From IMG/VR virus record IMGVR_UViG_3300033463_000012: a DNA stretch of 64,000 bases; one strand, 5' to 3'. Of this stretch, positions 7,653 to 17,898 are shown piece after piece; position 1 is the first letter of the stretch; every line of letters begins with the position of its first letter. The notes below the pieces were generated by a model. It made no database searches. It was not told the DNA's origin and saw nothing but the letters and a program-made list of their open reading frames with translations. The DNA comes from a virus. Its lineage: Duplodnaviria > Caudoviricetes. Made by a program: the position numbers and the translations under genes.

Positions 7653-10202
7653 TTGCCTTTACCTACACCGGATTTATTGCCTAAGGTAGACCCGTCTGCC
7701 ACAAATGTCCTGGATAATCAGCCGGACGTGAACCTTCCTGATGCCACGGGATCGGTTTCGGGGTCCTTTGACTTTATCACTGCTTTCTACAATAAATTTG
7801 TGGATATTCTCGTCCCACCTATGGTTTCAGATTCTGACAAACAGGACCTTGAAAACATAATCAATGACCCGGACAGCAGTGAAGATGAAAAGAGTGCGGC
7901 GCAAGCGCAATTGGATGCTGCGAACATGGTCAACATGTTCTCGTCTCCTTTGGTGCGGTTGGTCATTCTTACCTACATAATCATAATCATTCTTAACATC
8001 TTGAGAAGAATCCCTGGGGTGTCCGGTGTTCCTTCGATGTCTTCAATAGCCAACAATTTGTTCAACACTGGTTCATATACATGGACTGATAGGATTCAAA
8101 TTGTAGATGGATTCATGACGATAAGCGATGTTCTGAGATATGACACCACTTATGTGAAAGACAATACATCAGCTATTTACGTGAATTATACTGGAGCAGA
8201 GATAGCTGAACAAGGTTCAAATACTTTCCCTCAGAATTATGTTTATTATAACAATGGAAAGCAATACAGAATACCATTGTTTCCAGAAACATTGATTGAA
8301 AAATCATGGATGCATAATTTCATAGTGAAGATAGATGCCAGAGCTGACTATTATTTGAAATTCACCAACGGCAGCATAAACATAGGAACGGAATCCCAGC
8401 CGAATTATTATGAATTGACTTCAGTGAAAAAAGCAACTGATTGTGAACCATTGCTTCTTGGACAGAACAGAAGTGTTGTGCAAAAGGCAAAAGGAAGACA
8501 AGTCAGGTGTACATCTTTTCAGAAAATAAGAAATACATCTGCAACTACAAAAATTTCAGTGACCGGAATTCCTCAGAATGAAGGGAATGACTACACTGAT
8601 CCTATTGGAAATTTGACATTCGTCAAGAATGCAAGAATGGTGGATGGAAACCTTGAACCGACTGATACATTGAAGGTGACTAACATAACATTCGATGAAG
8701 GACAACTTCATTATGGATGGGACATTGAAAATCTTCCTAAGGGAGGATTCAGCAATTACTTGGTCACCTTCGTGATGTCTTCATGGAATCATAGGTCAGG
8801 CGGTTTACCGGAATATGTTCCTAATTGGCCAAGTGGAAACACCATAAAATTTTTAGATCAAGATGGTAACGATAAAACAGGGTATAGAGTCATAAGAGTG
8901 TCAATGGGTGGTTTCAAAAGAATGGATGAAAAGAAACTTCCATTGTATGAGGAAGAGATTCCATATTCACCTAAATACATTGAAATTTGGATAGTGAACG
9001 ATGATCCTGATCAAAGTGGATACAATGATGACCCTGAATTAAACATAATAACCATTGAAGACAAAGATAATGTAGGCAGTCTGTTCCTCAATTCCAATGA
9101 CAAACCTTTTGAAGAATCTGGTCTGAACAATCTCGAGAGCATTTTCACAACTACAGCAGCAAATTCAATTCGATATGATTTGTCTTCAGCTTCAAACAGT
9201 TTTGCTTCTGCGGTTTCGCAATCTGACCCGAACAGCTTCTGGAATAATTTTTCGTCAGCCATGCTTTCTGTTGAATCAGCAAGCAGACGAATAAATGGCT
9301 ATAAAATATATTCAAGTCAGATAGAATATCTGTATGACACTGTGAATGCATTCTACGGTGAAATCAGTTCCTATTATTCATCAAATCGACATGATGTAAT
9401 TCCAAGCGATGTTTCCAAGGTCACTGAATTTTCTCAATTTGCAAACTATTTCCAGAGTGAATCAAACAGAACAGGACAGATATTAGGTAATCGCTACGAG
9501 AATATAGATGAAGGTGATGCTTCTCATATATCTTTGGAGGATTCTTCCTATTACAATGACAGAACGGAAGCTACAGTAATCACTCAACATAGATGGAAAC
9601 CTATGTCAAGTTCCGTTCAGGAGAAACAACAACGCTGGGATGAAATGTACAAAATCATAAGAAATTCAATAAGAGACATTTATCCTAGGTCTGGTGTTGA
9701 ATTCATGCGAGGAACATCATGGGCTTCCTACGAAGAGGAAATCTCGGCTCCAGCAAAGTTGGCTTTCAAGCTGACTACAGAAGGACATGAAAATGTTCAC
9801 TTTATAGGATCACACAATGGAATGTTTGGCTATTTGTACCCGATGACAGCCAATTGGGATGGTTCAGCTTATGTTCATCCGAATTATGGTCCTGACTACA
9901 AGAGACCTCACATAGCGTTCGTAAATGGTTCCGCCACAGTGGAATCTGACATCGGCATAGATGCAATCGGCGAGAAATATCCCCCGCAGGCGATAGTTCA
10001 GGATGTCCCGGAAATGACATTCGAGGCACAGGATCCTTGCACGCAACCTCAATCCTCCATGGAAAAGAAGATGGCCATGCTCCTTGAAAACGATGCAGAC
10101 CAATTCACCGTCATGGCCGCGTTCGGTTGCTGCTATACAGATGACCTGTGGGATAAATTCCAGGAGCTGAAGAAACTCCGCAGACACATGGTGAGGAATT
10201 GA
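7653..10202 (+). CDS. Large late protein with an N-terminal hydrophobic helix (probably virion-associated)
   Basis: 849 aa; TTG start after aggag and CTAAATT at 7619. Confidence 0.7.
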   Translation: MPLPTPDLLPKVDPSATNVLDNQPDVNLPDATGSVSGSFDFITAFYNKFVDILVPPMVSDSDKQDLENIINDPDSSEDEKSAAQAQLDAANMVNMFSSPLVRLVILTYIIIIILNILRRIPGVSGVPSMSSIANNLFNTGSYTWTDRIQIVDGFMTISDVLRYDTTYVKDNTSAIYVNYTGAEIAEQGSNTFPQNYVYYNNGKQYRIPLFPETLIEKSWMHNFIVKIDARADYYLKFTNGSINIGTESQPNYYELTSVKKATDCEPLLLGQNRSVVQKAKGRQVRCTSFQKIRNTSATTKISVTGIPQNEGNDYTDPIGNLTFVKNARMVDGNLEPTDTLKVTNITFDEGQLHYGWDIENLPKGGFSNYLVTFVMSSWNHRSGGLPEYVPNWPSGNTIKFLDQDGNDKTGYRVIRVSMGGFKRMDEKKLPLYEEEIPYSPKYIEIWIVNDDPDQSGYNDDPELNIITIEDKDNVGSLFLNSNDKPFEESGLNNLESIFTTTAANSIRYDLSSASNSFASAVSQSDPNSFWNNFSSAMLSVESASRRINGYKIYSSQIEYLYDTVNAFYGEISSYYSSNRHDVIPSDVSKVTEFSQFANYFQSESNRTGQILGNRYENIDEGDASHISLEDSSYYNDRTEATVITQHRWKPMSSSVQEKQQRWDEMYKIIRNSIRDIYPRSGVEFMRGTSWASYEEEISAPAKLAFKLTTEGHENVHFIGSHNGMFGYLYPMTANWDGSAYVHPNYGPDYKRPHIAFVNGSATVESDIGIDAIGEKYPPQAIVQDVPEMTFEAQDPCTQPQSSMEKKMAMLLENDADQFTVMAAFGCCYTDDLWDKFQELKKLRRHMVRN

Positions 10203-11155
10203 TGAAACCGAATCCAGCAGAATACACCTTATGCGCCTGGGTTGAGTTCGCCTATCAAGCCCTCACCAAGATGATCGACTGGTGCCTTACCTTCATGGAA
10301 ACTCAGCTGAAGGCACTCATCGCTTCGATCAATGCAATCTATGCAGTCCTTGTGAAGCAGATGAGAACGGCTGTGGACACCATAACCGACATCATCACCA
10401 AGTGCATTGACTCCTATTCACCCCAATTCTCCGAAGATGACCTTGCATGGCTGAATGCAGTTCGGGCTTCTTTGTGCGAAATGTTGAAGAAATGCCGGTT
10501 CGTCTATGACATCATTGTGCAAGGCAACCGACAGGACAATGACACATGGCTTGACTTCACCAACCTGGAATCCATAGACACTCCTCCATATTTTGCGGAA
10601 ATGACCGATCCTTACCTTTGGTTCGAAAAGATCATCTGCAATTTCTCCCTCAAGGACTTGGTCAAACAAGCCGGGGAATTGACGAAGGAAACCCTGAAGG
10701 AGATGATGGACAAATACATCCTGGGAGATGGGACCTACGGGTTGAGCTGGGCGAGGACAAAGGCCGAGGAACTATGGGCGGAATGGAACACCTACATCCA
10801 CAAGCCACTTGACAAAATCATTCCATTCCACATGTTCAGCAAGTTTTGGACAAGGATTTTCGGTTGGATTCCCGAGGAAGGAATGGGAATGGAAACAAAT
10901 CCGAAGAAAATGAACATCTTTGACCTCATGGAATTGTTGGACAAGTTGACCCAGTGCGCCTTCTCGATCTGCAACTTCGTGACCTCGGTGATGACCTACA
11001 AGCAGGACAAGAAGACGAAGATGTACATCGACTGGGACAATGAACTTCCGATACCTCCAACGGCCTTGACGGCTATCTACAAAATGGACAATGAGATTTC
11101 GGACCTAGTGAACAGCTGGCGCACTTCCGCTACATCCAGGGCGTGCGTGAGCTAA
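10199..11155 (+). CDS. Hypothetical helical late protein
   Basis: 318 aa, coupled to the upstream gene. Confidence 0.7.
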   Translation: MMKPNPAEYTLCAWVEFAYQALTKMIDWCLTFMETQLKALIASINAIYAVLVKQMRTAVDTITDIITKCIDSYSPQFSEDDLAWLNAVRASLCEMLKKCRFVYDIIVQGNRQDNDTWLDFTNLESIDTPPYFAEMTDPYLWFEKIICNFSLKDLVKQAGELTKETLKEMMDKYILGDGTYGLSWARTKAEELWAEWNTYIHKPLDKIIPFHMFSKFWTRIFGWIPEEGMGMETNPKKMNIFDLMELLDKLTQCAFSICNFVTSVMTYKQDKKTKMYIDWDNELPIPPTALTAIYKMDNEISDLVNSWRTSATSRACVS

Positions 11156-11197
11156 ATTATTTAAACCTATCACTTCATCTTGTATCGAAGGAGAACG

Positions 11198-12022
11198 ATG
11201 AAAAACTTATTCACATTCATGCTAAATGAAGACTACGTCAACACCTATGGCCTTGACCGGGTCAGGGAGGACTTTCGCGACCAGGTTCTGATGACCATGA
11301 AGCGACATCTCCTCCCCGGAAAGAAGCTGGAGGACTTCAAACCCTCCAAACTTCATGGGGGAACCAAGGTCGTCGGCGGGTCCTTCATGTACCTTTGTGC
11401 CGCCGCATTCAAGGTATTCGACGAAGGAATAGTTGAAGACCTCCTCAAGCTGTCCGGTGGAAAACGTCCTTCCGCAGGTCCAGGGGAAATCCTTTTGACC
11501 GCCCTGTTCTCCAATGTTCGCTCTGCGTCCAAGGGTGACGTGGTTATAGATGGTCAAAACTGCGAAATCAAGTCAATCAGAGGCGGTGGTGGTCCCTACG
11601 ACAGATCAGTCCTCAAGGACAAACTGAAGCTATGGTCCAATGAACATCGAGTGAATTTGGACGACATTGAATGGAATCCTTCGGGAATCGGTGCACTCCT
11701 TCCCAAACTCCACAAGATGAACGACGAGGCAATAGCCGACCTGGCTCCTCTTTTGGTGGGCAAGGAAATGGGAAAGGTTGCCTACACGGAATTGAAGAAG
11801 GCGGATGAACTTGGTCCTCGGCTTCTCCTCCAACATCTGGGTGCCTGTCAGCTGAAGAATTACTGTGACAAACAGAATGGCAGTGACCTTTTGGTCGTGT
11901 TCCCGGAGGAAAAGAAATACCTCTGGTGTCCGAATGACAAGGTCCTCCAGGTGGGCGATTACGTCAAATTCGGTGGTTGGTCGCAGGCAGGGTTCATGAT
12001 TTCCAAATTGAACGTGGGGTGA
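11198..12022 (+). CDS. Putative PD-(D/E)xK nuclease with N-terminal 'MLNE' leader
   Basis: GPGE...KGDVVIDGQNCEIKS motif; downstream of CTAAATT. Confidence 0.5.
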   Translation: MKNLFTFMLNEDYVNTYGLDRVREDFRDQVLMTMKRHLLPGKKLEDFKPSKLHGGTKVVGGSFMYLCAAAFKVFDEGIVEDLLKLSGGKRPSAGPGEILLTALFSNVRSASKGDVVIDGQNCEIKSIRGGGGPYDRSVLKDKLKLWSNEHRVNLDDIEWNPSGIGALLPKLHKMNDEAIADLAPLLVGKEMGKVAYTELKKADELGPRLLLQHLGACQLKNYCDKQNGSDLLVVFPEEKKYLWCPNDKVLQVGDYVKFGGWSQAGFMISKLNVG

Positions 12023-12024
12023 GA

Positions 12025-12840
12025 ATGAACAATGAAATCTTCAAAGACTTGCCAAAAGGAACACTATTGTATAGAGGTGGTCGCGACCCAGATTATTTGA
12101 GTTCAAAACAGAAGCAATTTGAAAATCCAATATATTTTTCACTGAATCCTGTCCTAGCTCGTGCATGGGGACGAGTTATGACATATCTGACAAAAAGAAA
12201 ACTTACTGTTCTGTCATTTTTGGTAGATGAACAATCTAGCTCACAGACCAAATCATACAAAAATACATTAAAAACATACAAAGTTGACAATGATGTGTTG
12301 GAAGAACTATTGTCCGAATATGCTAAAAATGTAGGGCTAAAACTGAAATTAAAGGATGTTTTGGAGGTTTTTCGACTAGGTGAGGTGGGAGCATATTACA
12401 GAACAAAATTTGAAAGAACATCTTTTTACAAGTGGATTGTTGAAAATTATGGCGTTGATGGTGTTCTTGTGACTGAAAACAAATCAATGGATGAAGTTGG
12501 CATTTCCGTTTGGTTGGCAAATCCTCCAAAGATGGTTGAAAAAATAGATGACATGAAAAAGTATAGAGATGAACATCCAACAATAACTCAAAAACATAGA
12601 ATGTTGGCTTATGTATATGCATATCCAGACAACACTATGGATGATTGTCTATTTCATCTTTATGGTAAAAAAAGCAATTTTTCCATTTACACGGATTTGT
12701 ACAAAAATGGTTTGTTGAATAGAAAAAAGCAAGGAAGACAGTTTTTGTATTCATTGTCGTATAAAGGTGAAGAGGAGCTGGAAAACATTTTGAGAAAAAC
12801 CAAAATGTCCTATAAGAAATTGATCAATTATAGTGAGTGA
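12025..12840 (+). CDS. Putative ADP-ribosyltransferase-like domain plus C-terminal winged helix
   Basis: LLYRG...IYFS....ARAWG...YGVDG ART-like pattern; C-terminal LYKNGLLNRKKQGRQFLYSLS wHTH; AT-rich gene. Confidence 0.45.
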   Translation: MNNEIFKDLPKGTLLYRGGRDPDYLSSKQKQFENPIYFSLNPVLARAWGRVMTYLTKRKLTVLSFLVDEQSSSQTKSYKNTLKTYKVDNDVLEELLSEYAKNVGLKLKLKDVLEVFRLGEVGAYYRTKFERTSFYKWIVENYGVDGVLVTENKSMDEVGISVWLANPPKMVEKIDDMKKYRDEHPTITQKHRMLAYVYAYPDNTMDDCLFHLYGKKSNFSIYTDLYKNGLLNRKKQGRQFLYSLSYKGEEELENILRKTKMSYKKLINYSE

Positions 12841-12846
12841 TGAATT

Positions 12847-13047
12847 ATGGAACAAATGACGGAAGAGTGCAAGAAGGCCTTCGTGGAATTCATGCAGGCA
12901 CAATTGCACGAAATTGACGTTCACAAATGGATAAAAAGCGAGGAAGCTGGACATGATTTGGGGGACGCGGCCGTCAGGGATTGGATAGACAACCATGCTG
13001 CAGATTTCAGAAAAGAGTGGGAAGAGGCACACAGAAGGCTAAATTAA
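12847..13047 (+). CDS. DUF4032-like small protein
   Basis: EIDVHKWIKSEEAGHDLGDAAVRDWI motif. Confidence 0.6.
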   Translation: MEQMTEECKKAFVEFMQAQLHEIDVHKWIKSEEAGHDLGDAAVRDWIDNHAADFRKEWEEAHRRLN

Positions 13048-13066
13048 GAAACGTTCAGGAGGTTCA

Positions 13067-14701
13067 TTGATGTCAAGATTGGAATATCTTTTTGAATCAG
13101 CCAGGTATACAGCGCCTGATGATCCGTATGCGAAATTCATAAGCGACCTTTCACGTGAGCTGACTGCCAAACACTTTCCTTTGTGGAACTACAGCAAAAG
13201 GGACAAGAAGAACTTCAGAACACCGGCCACTGTTGCGTCGTTCAGAGTTGGTTTTGACAGCCAAAAATTGCCTCATTTCTATACGCTGGATTCCAACACA
13301 CTTGGAATGACTTGTCCAAGAACCGGCGGATGCACTCTTTTCATAGAATCCGAAGGACAGGGTGAAGAACACTTTGTGAACACCAATTCGTATTACAGCA
13401 AAGAGGGCTATAACACCACCGAAAACCTGTATTATCAAGGTCCTACATGGAAGTTGAGGGGAGTCGATGACAAGGAATACTTCAAGACTGGAATTCAGCG
13501 AAATCAACTGGCCGACACCATCATCGAGTTTTTCGAGAAGAATGAGCCTTCGTTCGACATCAAAGGAATCTGGGACAAAATCATCGAAAGATTGAAGGAA
13601 GTTACCAAGTCCAACGAAAAATACTACGAAGACAACACAATGAGGATGGCGAATCCCACGGGTGAATACTCAGATTACAAGGACCCCTCGTTGATAAATT
13701 TCATCCACAAGCAGTTCCGTTCCAATGAACTGGAAAACAAGAGAATAGCAGACGCCCTGGAGGAACCTGCCCTTCCCAAGGACTTGAATTCCTCGGATGC
13801 ACCTGAACGCAAAAAGAAGAGTTGGTTCGGTGGTGAAATTTGGACGACATATCACCCAATGAAAATAAGATGGGTGGTTCCTGCATGGAACAAGAGCGAA
13901 GCGCTGAGGATCATCAAGGACTATTACTGTCCGAAGTCACGCGGAAGGAACAAGGAACAGGAATACGATCCTAAGTCGATCAGACTTTTGTATGAATTCG
14001 ATTCTGAAGAAGAAGCAAAGAAATGGCAAAATTACATAAAGGAAAACAATATGAGACATTTTCATGAACACAGGCATTGCAACTGCCATCACAGATTGGA
14101 CGAAAAGCAGGTCATCTCCACCGTCAACACTACGAGGGTCGATGACGAAGGAATGAAGCGTTGCCCAATCTGCGGAAACGAGGAAATCGAAGAAAGGGAA
14201 CTATGCTTCGGTGACGGCATCTATGACCTTGGCCAGACCATGTATTGCCCCGAATGCGACAAGGAATGGACATCCTGGTGGAGACTCAAATACGACACCT
14301 CCAACGTGAAGAATCGCTACAAGCACGGGGACAGAAAGTGGAGCTACAGGACAATGGACGATGTCGGAATGGTTCCCGGGAATTGTCCTTATTGTGGATC
14401 ACTGGACACTTTCGTCGAAGGAACCAGCACTGACCATGTGAAGAACGTGGTCGTCACCAATCAGTGCGAAAGATGTCATGGACTATGGGACGACATCTGG
14501 GAAATCACTGAATATGTGGACACCAGAATCGATGACCCCGAAGCCGACCAGGCCAGATATGACCATGATCAGTATCACAGGATGGTCAACAAATTCTACG
14601 GGAAGAAGCGTCTCGACAAGGCCGACAAGGAAGAACTCGAAGAAATCGACCGGCTGTACAAGAAGTATGGTGGTGGTCTTGAAATCCCTGGTTATTGCTA
14701 G
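13067..14701 (+). CDS. Modular late protein with C-terminal tandem zinc ribbons
   Basis: N-terminal 'YLFES', internal His-rich linker, CPICG/CPEC and CPYCG/CERC pairs. Confidence 0.7.
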   Translation: MMSRLEYLFESARYTAPDDPYAKFISDLSRELTAKHFPLWNYSKRDKKNFRTPATVASFRVGFDSQKLPHFYTLDSNTLGMTCPRTGGCTLFIESEGQGEEHFVNTNSYYSKEGYNTTENLYYQGPTWKLRGVDDKEYFKTGIQRNQLADTIIEFFEKNEPSFDIKGIWDKIIERLKEVTKSNEKYYEDNTMRMANPTGEYSDYKDPSLINFIHKQFRSNELENKRIADALEEPALPKDLNSSDAPERKKKSWFGGEIWTTYHPMKIRWVVPAWNKSEALRIIKDYYCPKSRGRNKEQEYDPKSIRLLYEFDSEEEAKKWQNYIKENNMRHFHEHRHCNCHHRLDEKQVISTVNTTRVDDEGMKRCPICGNEEIEERELCFGDGIYDLGQTMYCPECDKEWTSWWRLKYDTSNVKNRYKHGDRKWSYRTMDDVGMVPGNCPYCGSLDTFVEGTSTDHVKNVVVTNQCERCHGLWDDIWEITEYVDTRIDDPEADQARYDHDQYHRMVNKFYGKKRLDKADKEELEEIDRLYKKYGGGLEIPGYC

Positions 14702-14712
14702 GAGAAAGACAA

Positions 14713-15606
14713 ATGAACATCGAAAAATTCAAGAACATAGATGGATTCAATCTATCAGAATTCCGAGACAGTTTTCTTTATTACGGTCCTCATTCAAATT
14801 TTATTGAATTCGCGTGCTATGTAAATGAACACCTGCCTGAAGGTTGTACAGCAAAGCTGGTAGCCGGAACTCAGGCAATTAAGGTATCATATAAAAATTA
14901 TACTCTTTCGTGCGCATACATGTCAGTCAATGACAAGGAAATTCATTTAGACAGCGGAAAAAACTTCAAGAAAATGAAGATAAATGGCGACCCAGATGGA
15001 TGTGCGAGAAGATTCCTCAAAACTGTCGTAGAACCTAGGATCCTAACGGCAAAGGAACAGGAACGAAAAGAAGAGGAAGTCAGAGTCGCCAACGCGAACA
15101 AGGTGAATAACTTTTTGTCCTATGTGATTCCAGACGAAAAGGACATCTACAGAGCTGAAACTGCCTGGGAACGAAGCCATGGGCTTCTATCCAAATATAT
15201 TAAGTTTCTTGATCAGCAGTTGAATAAAATCACTGATCCTAACAAGGCAAAGCGTCGTATCAAGGCCTTCTATGATCATCTATTGTCAATGACAAAGGAT
15301 AATGCAGAAGATTTATCTGTCAACAAAACATTAAGTCGCCTTAAAAACAGAATGCTTGATCATATGAATGAGTCATACGTGTTTAATGAATCCGAAGAAC
15401 CGGAATTTGCCTATTTCTTCCGATTCAGTGACCCGGACGAGGCAGCTGATGAAGAATACTATTTCCGGGAAAGTTGGGGCAATGAATACGATTCAGTTGC
15501 AGAACATGAATATGTCGTGGTCGTAGCTGACGAAAAAGGCGCCAAGATTGCAGAGGAATTCTTCAAGAAAAATCCAGTAATGATCAGAGAGATTTCGGAG
15601 GACTAG
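14713..15606 (+). CDS. Modular late protein (KITDP module, MNES/FNES linker)
   Basis: Shares 'QQ.NKITDP.KA.RR..AFY..LL' with 18766..19794. Confidence 0.7.
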   Translation: MNIEKFKNIDGFNLSEFRDSFLYYGPHSNFIEFACYVNEHLPEGCTAKLVAGTQAIKVSYKNYTLSCAYMSVNDKEIHLDSGKNFKKMKINGDPDGCARRFLKTVVEPRILTAKEQERKEEEVRVANANKVNNFLSYVIPDEKDIYRAETAWERSHGLLSKYIKFLDQQLNKITDPNKAKRRIKAFYDHLLSMTKDNAEDLSVNKTLSRLKNRMLDHMNESYVFNESEEPEFAYFFRFSDPDEAADEEYYFRESWGNEYDSVAEHEYVVVVADEKGAKIAEEFFKKNPVMIREISED

Positions 15607-15609
15607 AAC

Positions 15610-15852
15610 ATGTGGATTAAGAGATACATAGATGCCGACAATCTGCAGGACAACCTCTGGGGTCAAGGTCAGAGGAATTATGCAGAATACAAGGAAAGAG
15701 GAGCTACCGATGAGCAGCTCTATGACCTTGCATCTGAATATCTTGCAGATTGGAGCGAAAACAAGGTGATCGACGAAACCAGTCTCAATGACTTTTTCGC
15801 CTATGAATCCAATTTGATCGAAGGTGAATTGAGATTGGAAGGAGAGGAATAA
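15610..15852 (+). CDS. Small acidic hypothetical protein
   Basis: 80-aa ORF in operon. Confidence 0.65.
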   Translation: MWIKRYIDADNLQDNLWGQGQRNYAEYKERGATDEQLYDLASEYLADWSENKVIDETSLNDFFAYESNLIEGELRLEGEE

Positions 15853-15853
15853 C

Positions 15854-16771
15854 ATGGACAAAGAAAAATTGGAAAGAATTCGGGCTGCCAGTGAAGCAAG
15901 AAAAGCCAGAGAGGAAAAGGCAAGGCAGGAAAAGGAAGCTGCAGAAAAAATTGCTCGAGATGAAGAACTAAAACGGAGCAATGCTGCCTGGGAAGCCCGT
16001 GAAGTCAAGGAAAAGGAAGAGGAAGAAAACAGCAGAAAGGAATATGCTTCAGAAGTTTCTGCAGTGGAAAGCAAAGTTCGAGCATTGTTCAAAGAATTTT
16101 CGGAACTTCAAGCTGATTGTGTTGAATATAACAAGTTGTACAAAGAAACTAACAATTGGGATATTGATCCTGATCCAATTGATGTCATTTATGCTGATAA
16201 TAGCGACAAGTTGAAGTATGGACCAGAAGAAAGTGTGCCACTGGATGATCAGGATGTCATTGTAATCAGCACTCCTAATGGTGAAGATTTTTACATGTCT
16301 TGCAAGGATTATGACAGTGATTATTTCTTTACACTTACCGACCGCGTCCTTTATTGCGGGACGGCTCCAGAAGACATTTGGATGATCACTGACACAAGTC
16401 CAGAGTTTTGGCTCGAAGACACTCCAGGTAGATATGTGAAATTCATGAAGGAAAAGGGCGAAGATCCTATCAAGATGCTGGATGAAGTCGAAAGAAGATT
16501 CAATATCATCAAGGACAAAGTCGAATATTTCATAGACGAGAATATGAAGATAATCGAAAAGAAATATGAAGGAGAGGATCTCAATGAATCTGTCGGTTCC
16601 AAGGTCATGAACGCCAAGACAGCCAAGAAATACATGAACAAGATTGCTGACCTGTCCACCGAACTTTCCGAATATGTTTCAGAAAAGGAAGATTGGAATG
16701 ACAGAGTCACACAAAGAGCCGTCAAGTCCTTGAATGGTGCAATTGACCACCTAGAGGATATTGAAGACTAA
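15854..16771 (+). CDS. Modular acidic late protein (LNES linker)
   Basis: 305 aa; SD ggagagg. Confidence 0.7.
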   Translation: MDKEKLERIRAASEARKAREEKARQEKEAAEKIARDEELKRSNAAWEAREVKEKEEEENSRKEYASEVSAVESKVRALFKEFSELQADCVEYNKLYKETNNWDIDPDPIDVIYADNSDKLKYGPEESVPLDDQDVIVISTPNGEDFYMSCKDYDSDYFFTLTDRVLYCGTAPEDIWMITDTSPEFWLEDTPGRYVKFMKEKGEDPIKMLDEVERRFNIIKDKVEYFIDENMKIIEKKYEGEDLNESVGSKVMNAKTAKKYMNKIADLSTELSEYVSEKEDWNDRVTQRAVKSLNGAIDHLEDIED

Positions 16772-16817
16772 ATTCAACGTGGGAAATTTTCCACCCCATA
16801 ACAAAAGAGGTAAAACA

Positions 16818-17753
16818 ATGAAAAGAGAATTGATTGAACGTTGGGAACGCCGTCGCGAACTCAAGCGCAAGATTCGCGAATCTGTGCGTGCCGCTCGTCG
16901 GAAGAAGATGCTTGAATCCATCATGGAACGGAAGGAAATCAGCCATAGCCGTCGTCATGGCCTGGCCGAACGTCTTCACGAGTCCTCCAAGCTTCGTCGG
17001 GAACGTCTCCTGGAAGCCCTGAAGGAACGTCGAAAGAGCCGTCTCGCCGAAGCCGTTGAACGTCGGAAGGCTCATCGCCTCGCCGAAGCCCTCCGTGAAC
17101 GTCGTCGTGCTCGCCTGACCGAAAGCCGGTTTGGTGGTCGTCGCGTCATTGATGGTTCTTCCCGTGGTTTCCGTCGTGAGGACGAATCCCTTGACCTTGA
17201 CAGCAAGCTGAGCCGCAAGTCTCGCATTGCCGCCCTTCTCAACAAGCGTCGCGATTTCACTCGTGGCTATGATGAAGATTGGGAAGATGATGATCTGGAC
17301 GAATCCCGCAAGGAACGTCGCCAGCGCATCATGGAAAAGATCAAGGAACTTCGCAGCAAGAAGGCCCTGAAGGAAGACGAACTGGATGTCGAAATCCAGG
17401 ACGACACTCTCCCCATGGACCCTGAAGCCACGCCCGATGAACTCGGTGCCGATTCAGTTGACGGTGAAGAACTTGACGCTGACCTCCTTCTCGGTGAATC
17501 CAAGGAAGTCAAGGCCGACATCAAGCAGCTCAATGAATCCAAGCGTTTCCAGACTTTGATCAACAAGTATCTTTCCGAAGGCGTCCTTGAAGAATCCAAG
17601 AAGGAAGACAAGGAAGACAAGGAAGACAAGGAAGACGAAGAAAAGGAATGCAAGGACGGCAAGTGCAAGGACAAGAAGGACGACAAGGCCACCGCCAAGA
17701 AGTCCGTCAAGGAAAAGGTCCAGGCCTGCAAGGAATGCAAGTCCAAGAAGTAG
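16818..17753 (+). CDS. Arg-rich/acidic probable prohead core or internal protein with many x-x-E(S/A) sites
   Basis: Own CTAAATT and terminator; strongly biased codons (cgt, aag, gaa); IRES, MLES, LHES, LLEA, LAEA, LTES, LDES, LGES, LNES, LEES. Confidence 0.7.
   Translation: MKRELIERWERRRELKRKIRESVRAARRKKMLESIMERKEISHSRRHGLAERLHESSKLRRERLLEALKERRKSRLAEAVERRKAHRLAEALRERRRARLTESRFGGRRVIDGSSRGFRREDESLDLDSKLSRKSRIAALLNKRRDFTRGYDEDWEDDDLDESRKERRQRIMEKIKELRSKKALKEDELDVEIQDDTLPMDPEATPDELGADSVDGEELDADLLLGESKEVKADIKQLNESKRFQTLINKYLSEGVLEESKKEDKEDKEDKEDEEKECKDGKCKDKKDDKATAKKSVKEKVQACKECKSKK
17601..17636 (+). repeat. 9-bp tandem repeat (aaggaagac)x4 encoding KED
   Basis: Read directly from the sequence. 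Confidence 0.85.
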
Positions 17754-17801
17754 TCCTATTGTATCACTGCCGAAAACAGAATAAGGCATGATCAAAGGAC
17801 G

Positions 17802-17830
17802 GGAGGGCTCGAAAGGGCCCTCCTTTTTTT
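17802..17830 (+). terminator. Intrinsic terminator
   Basis: ggagggctc-gaaa-gggccctcc followed by T7. Confidence 0.85.
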
Positions 17831-17846
17831 GAAAAAAGTTGTACAA

Positions 17847-17873
17847 TTTGGCCGAAAAGTTATTATATTATAC
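17847..17873 (+). promoter_or_regulatory. Putative early promoter
   Basis: tttggccgaaaagttattatattatac, identical to the reverse complement of 60607-60633. Confidence 0.7.
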
Positions 17874-17898
17874 CTAGAACCCAATCAGGAGGCATCCT

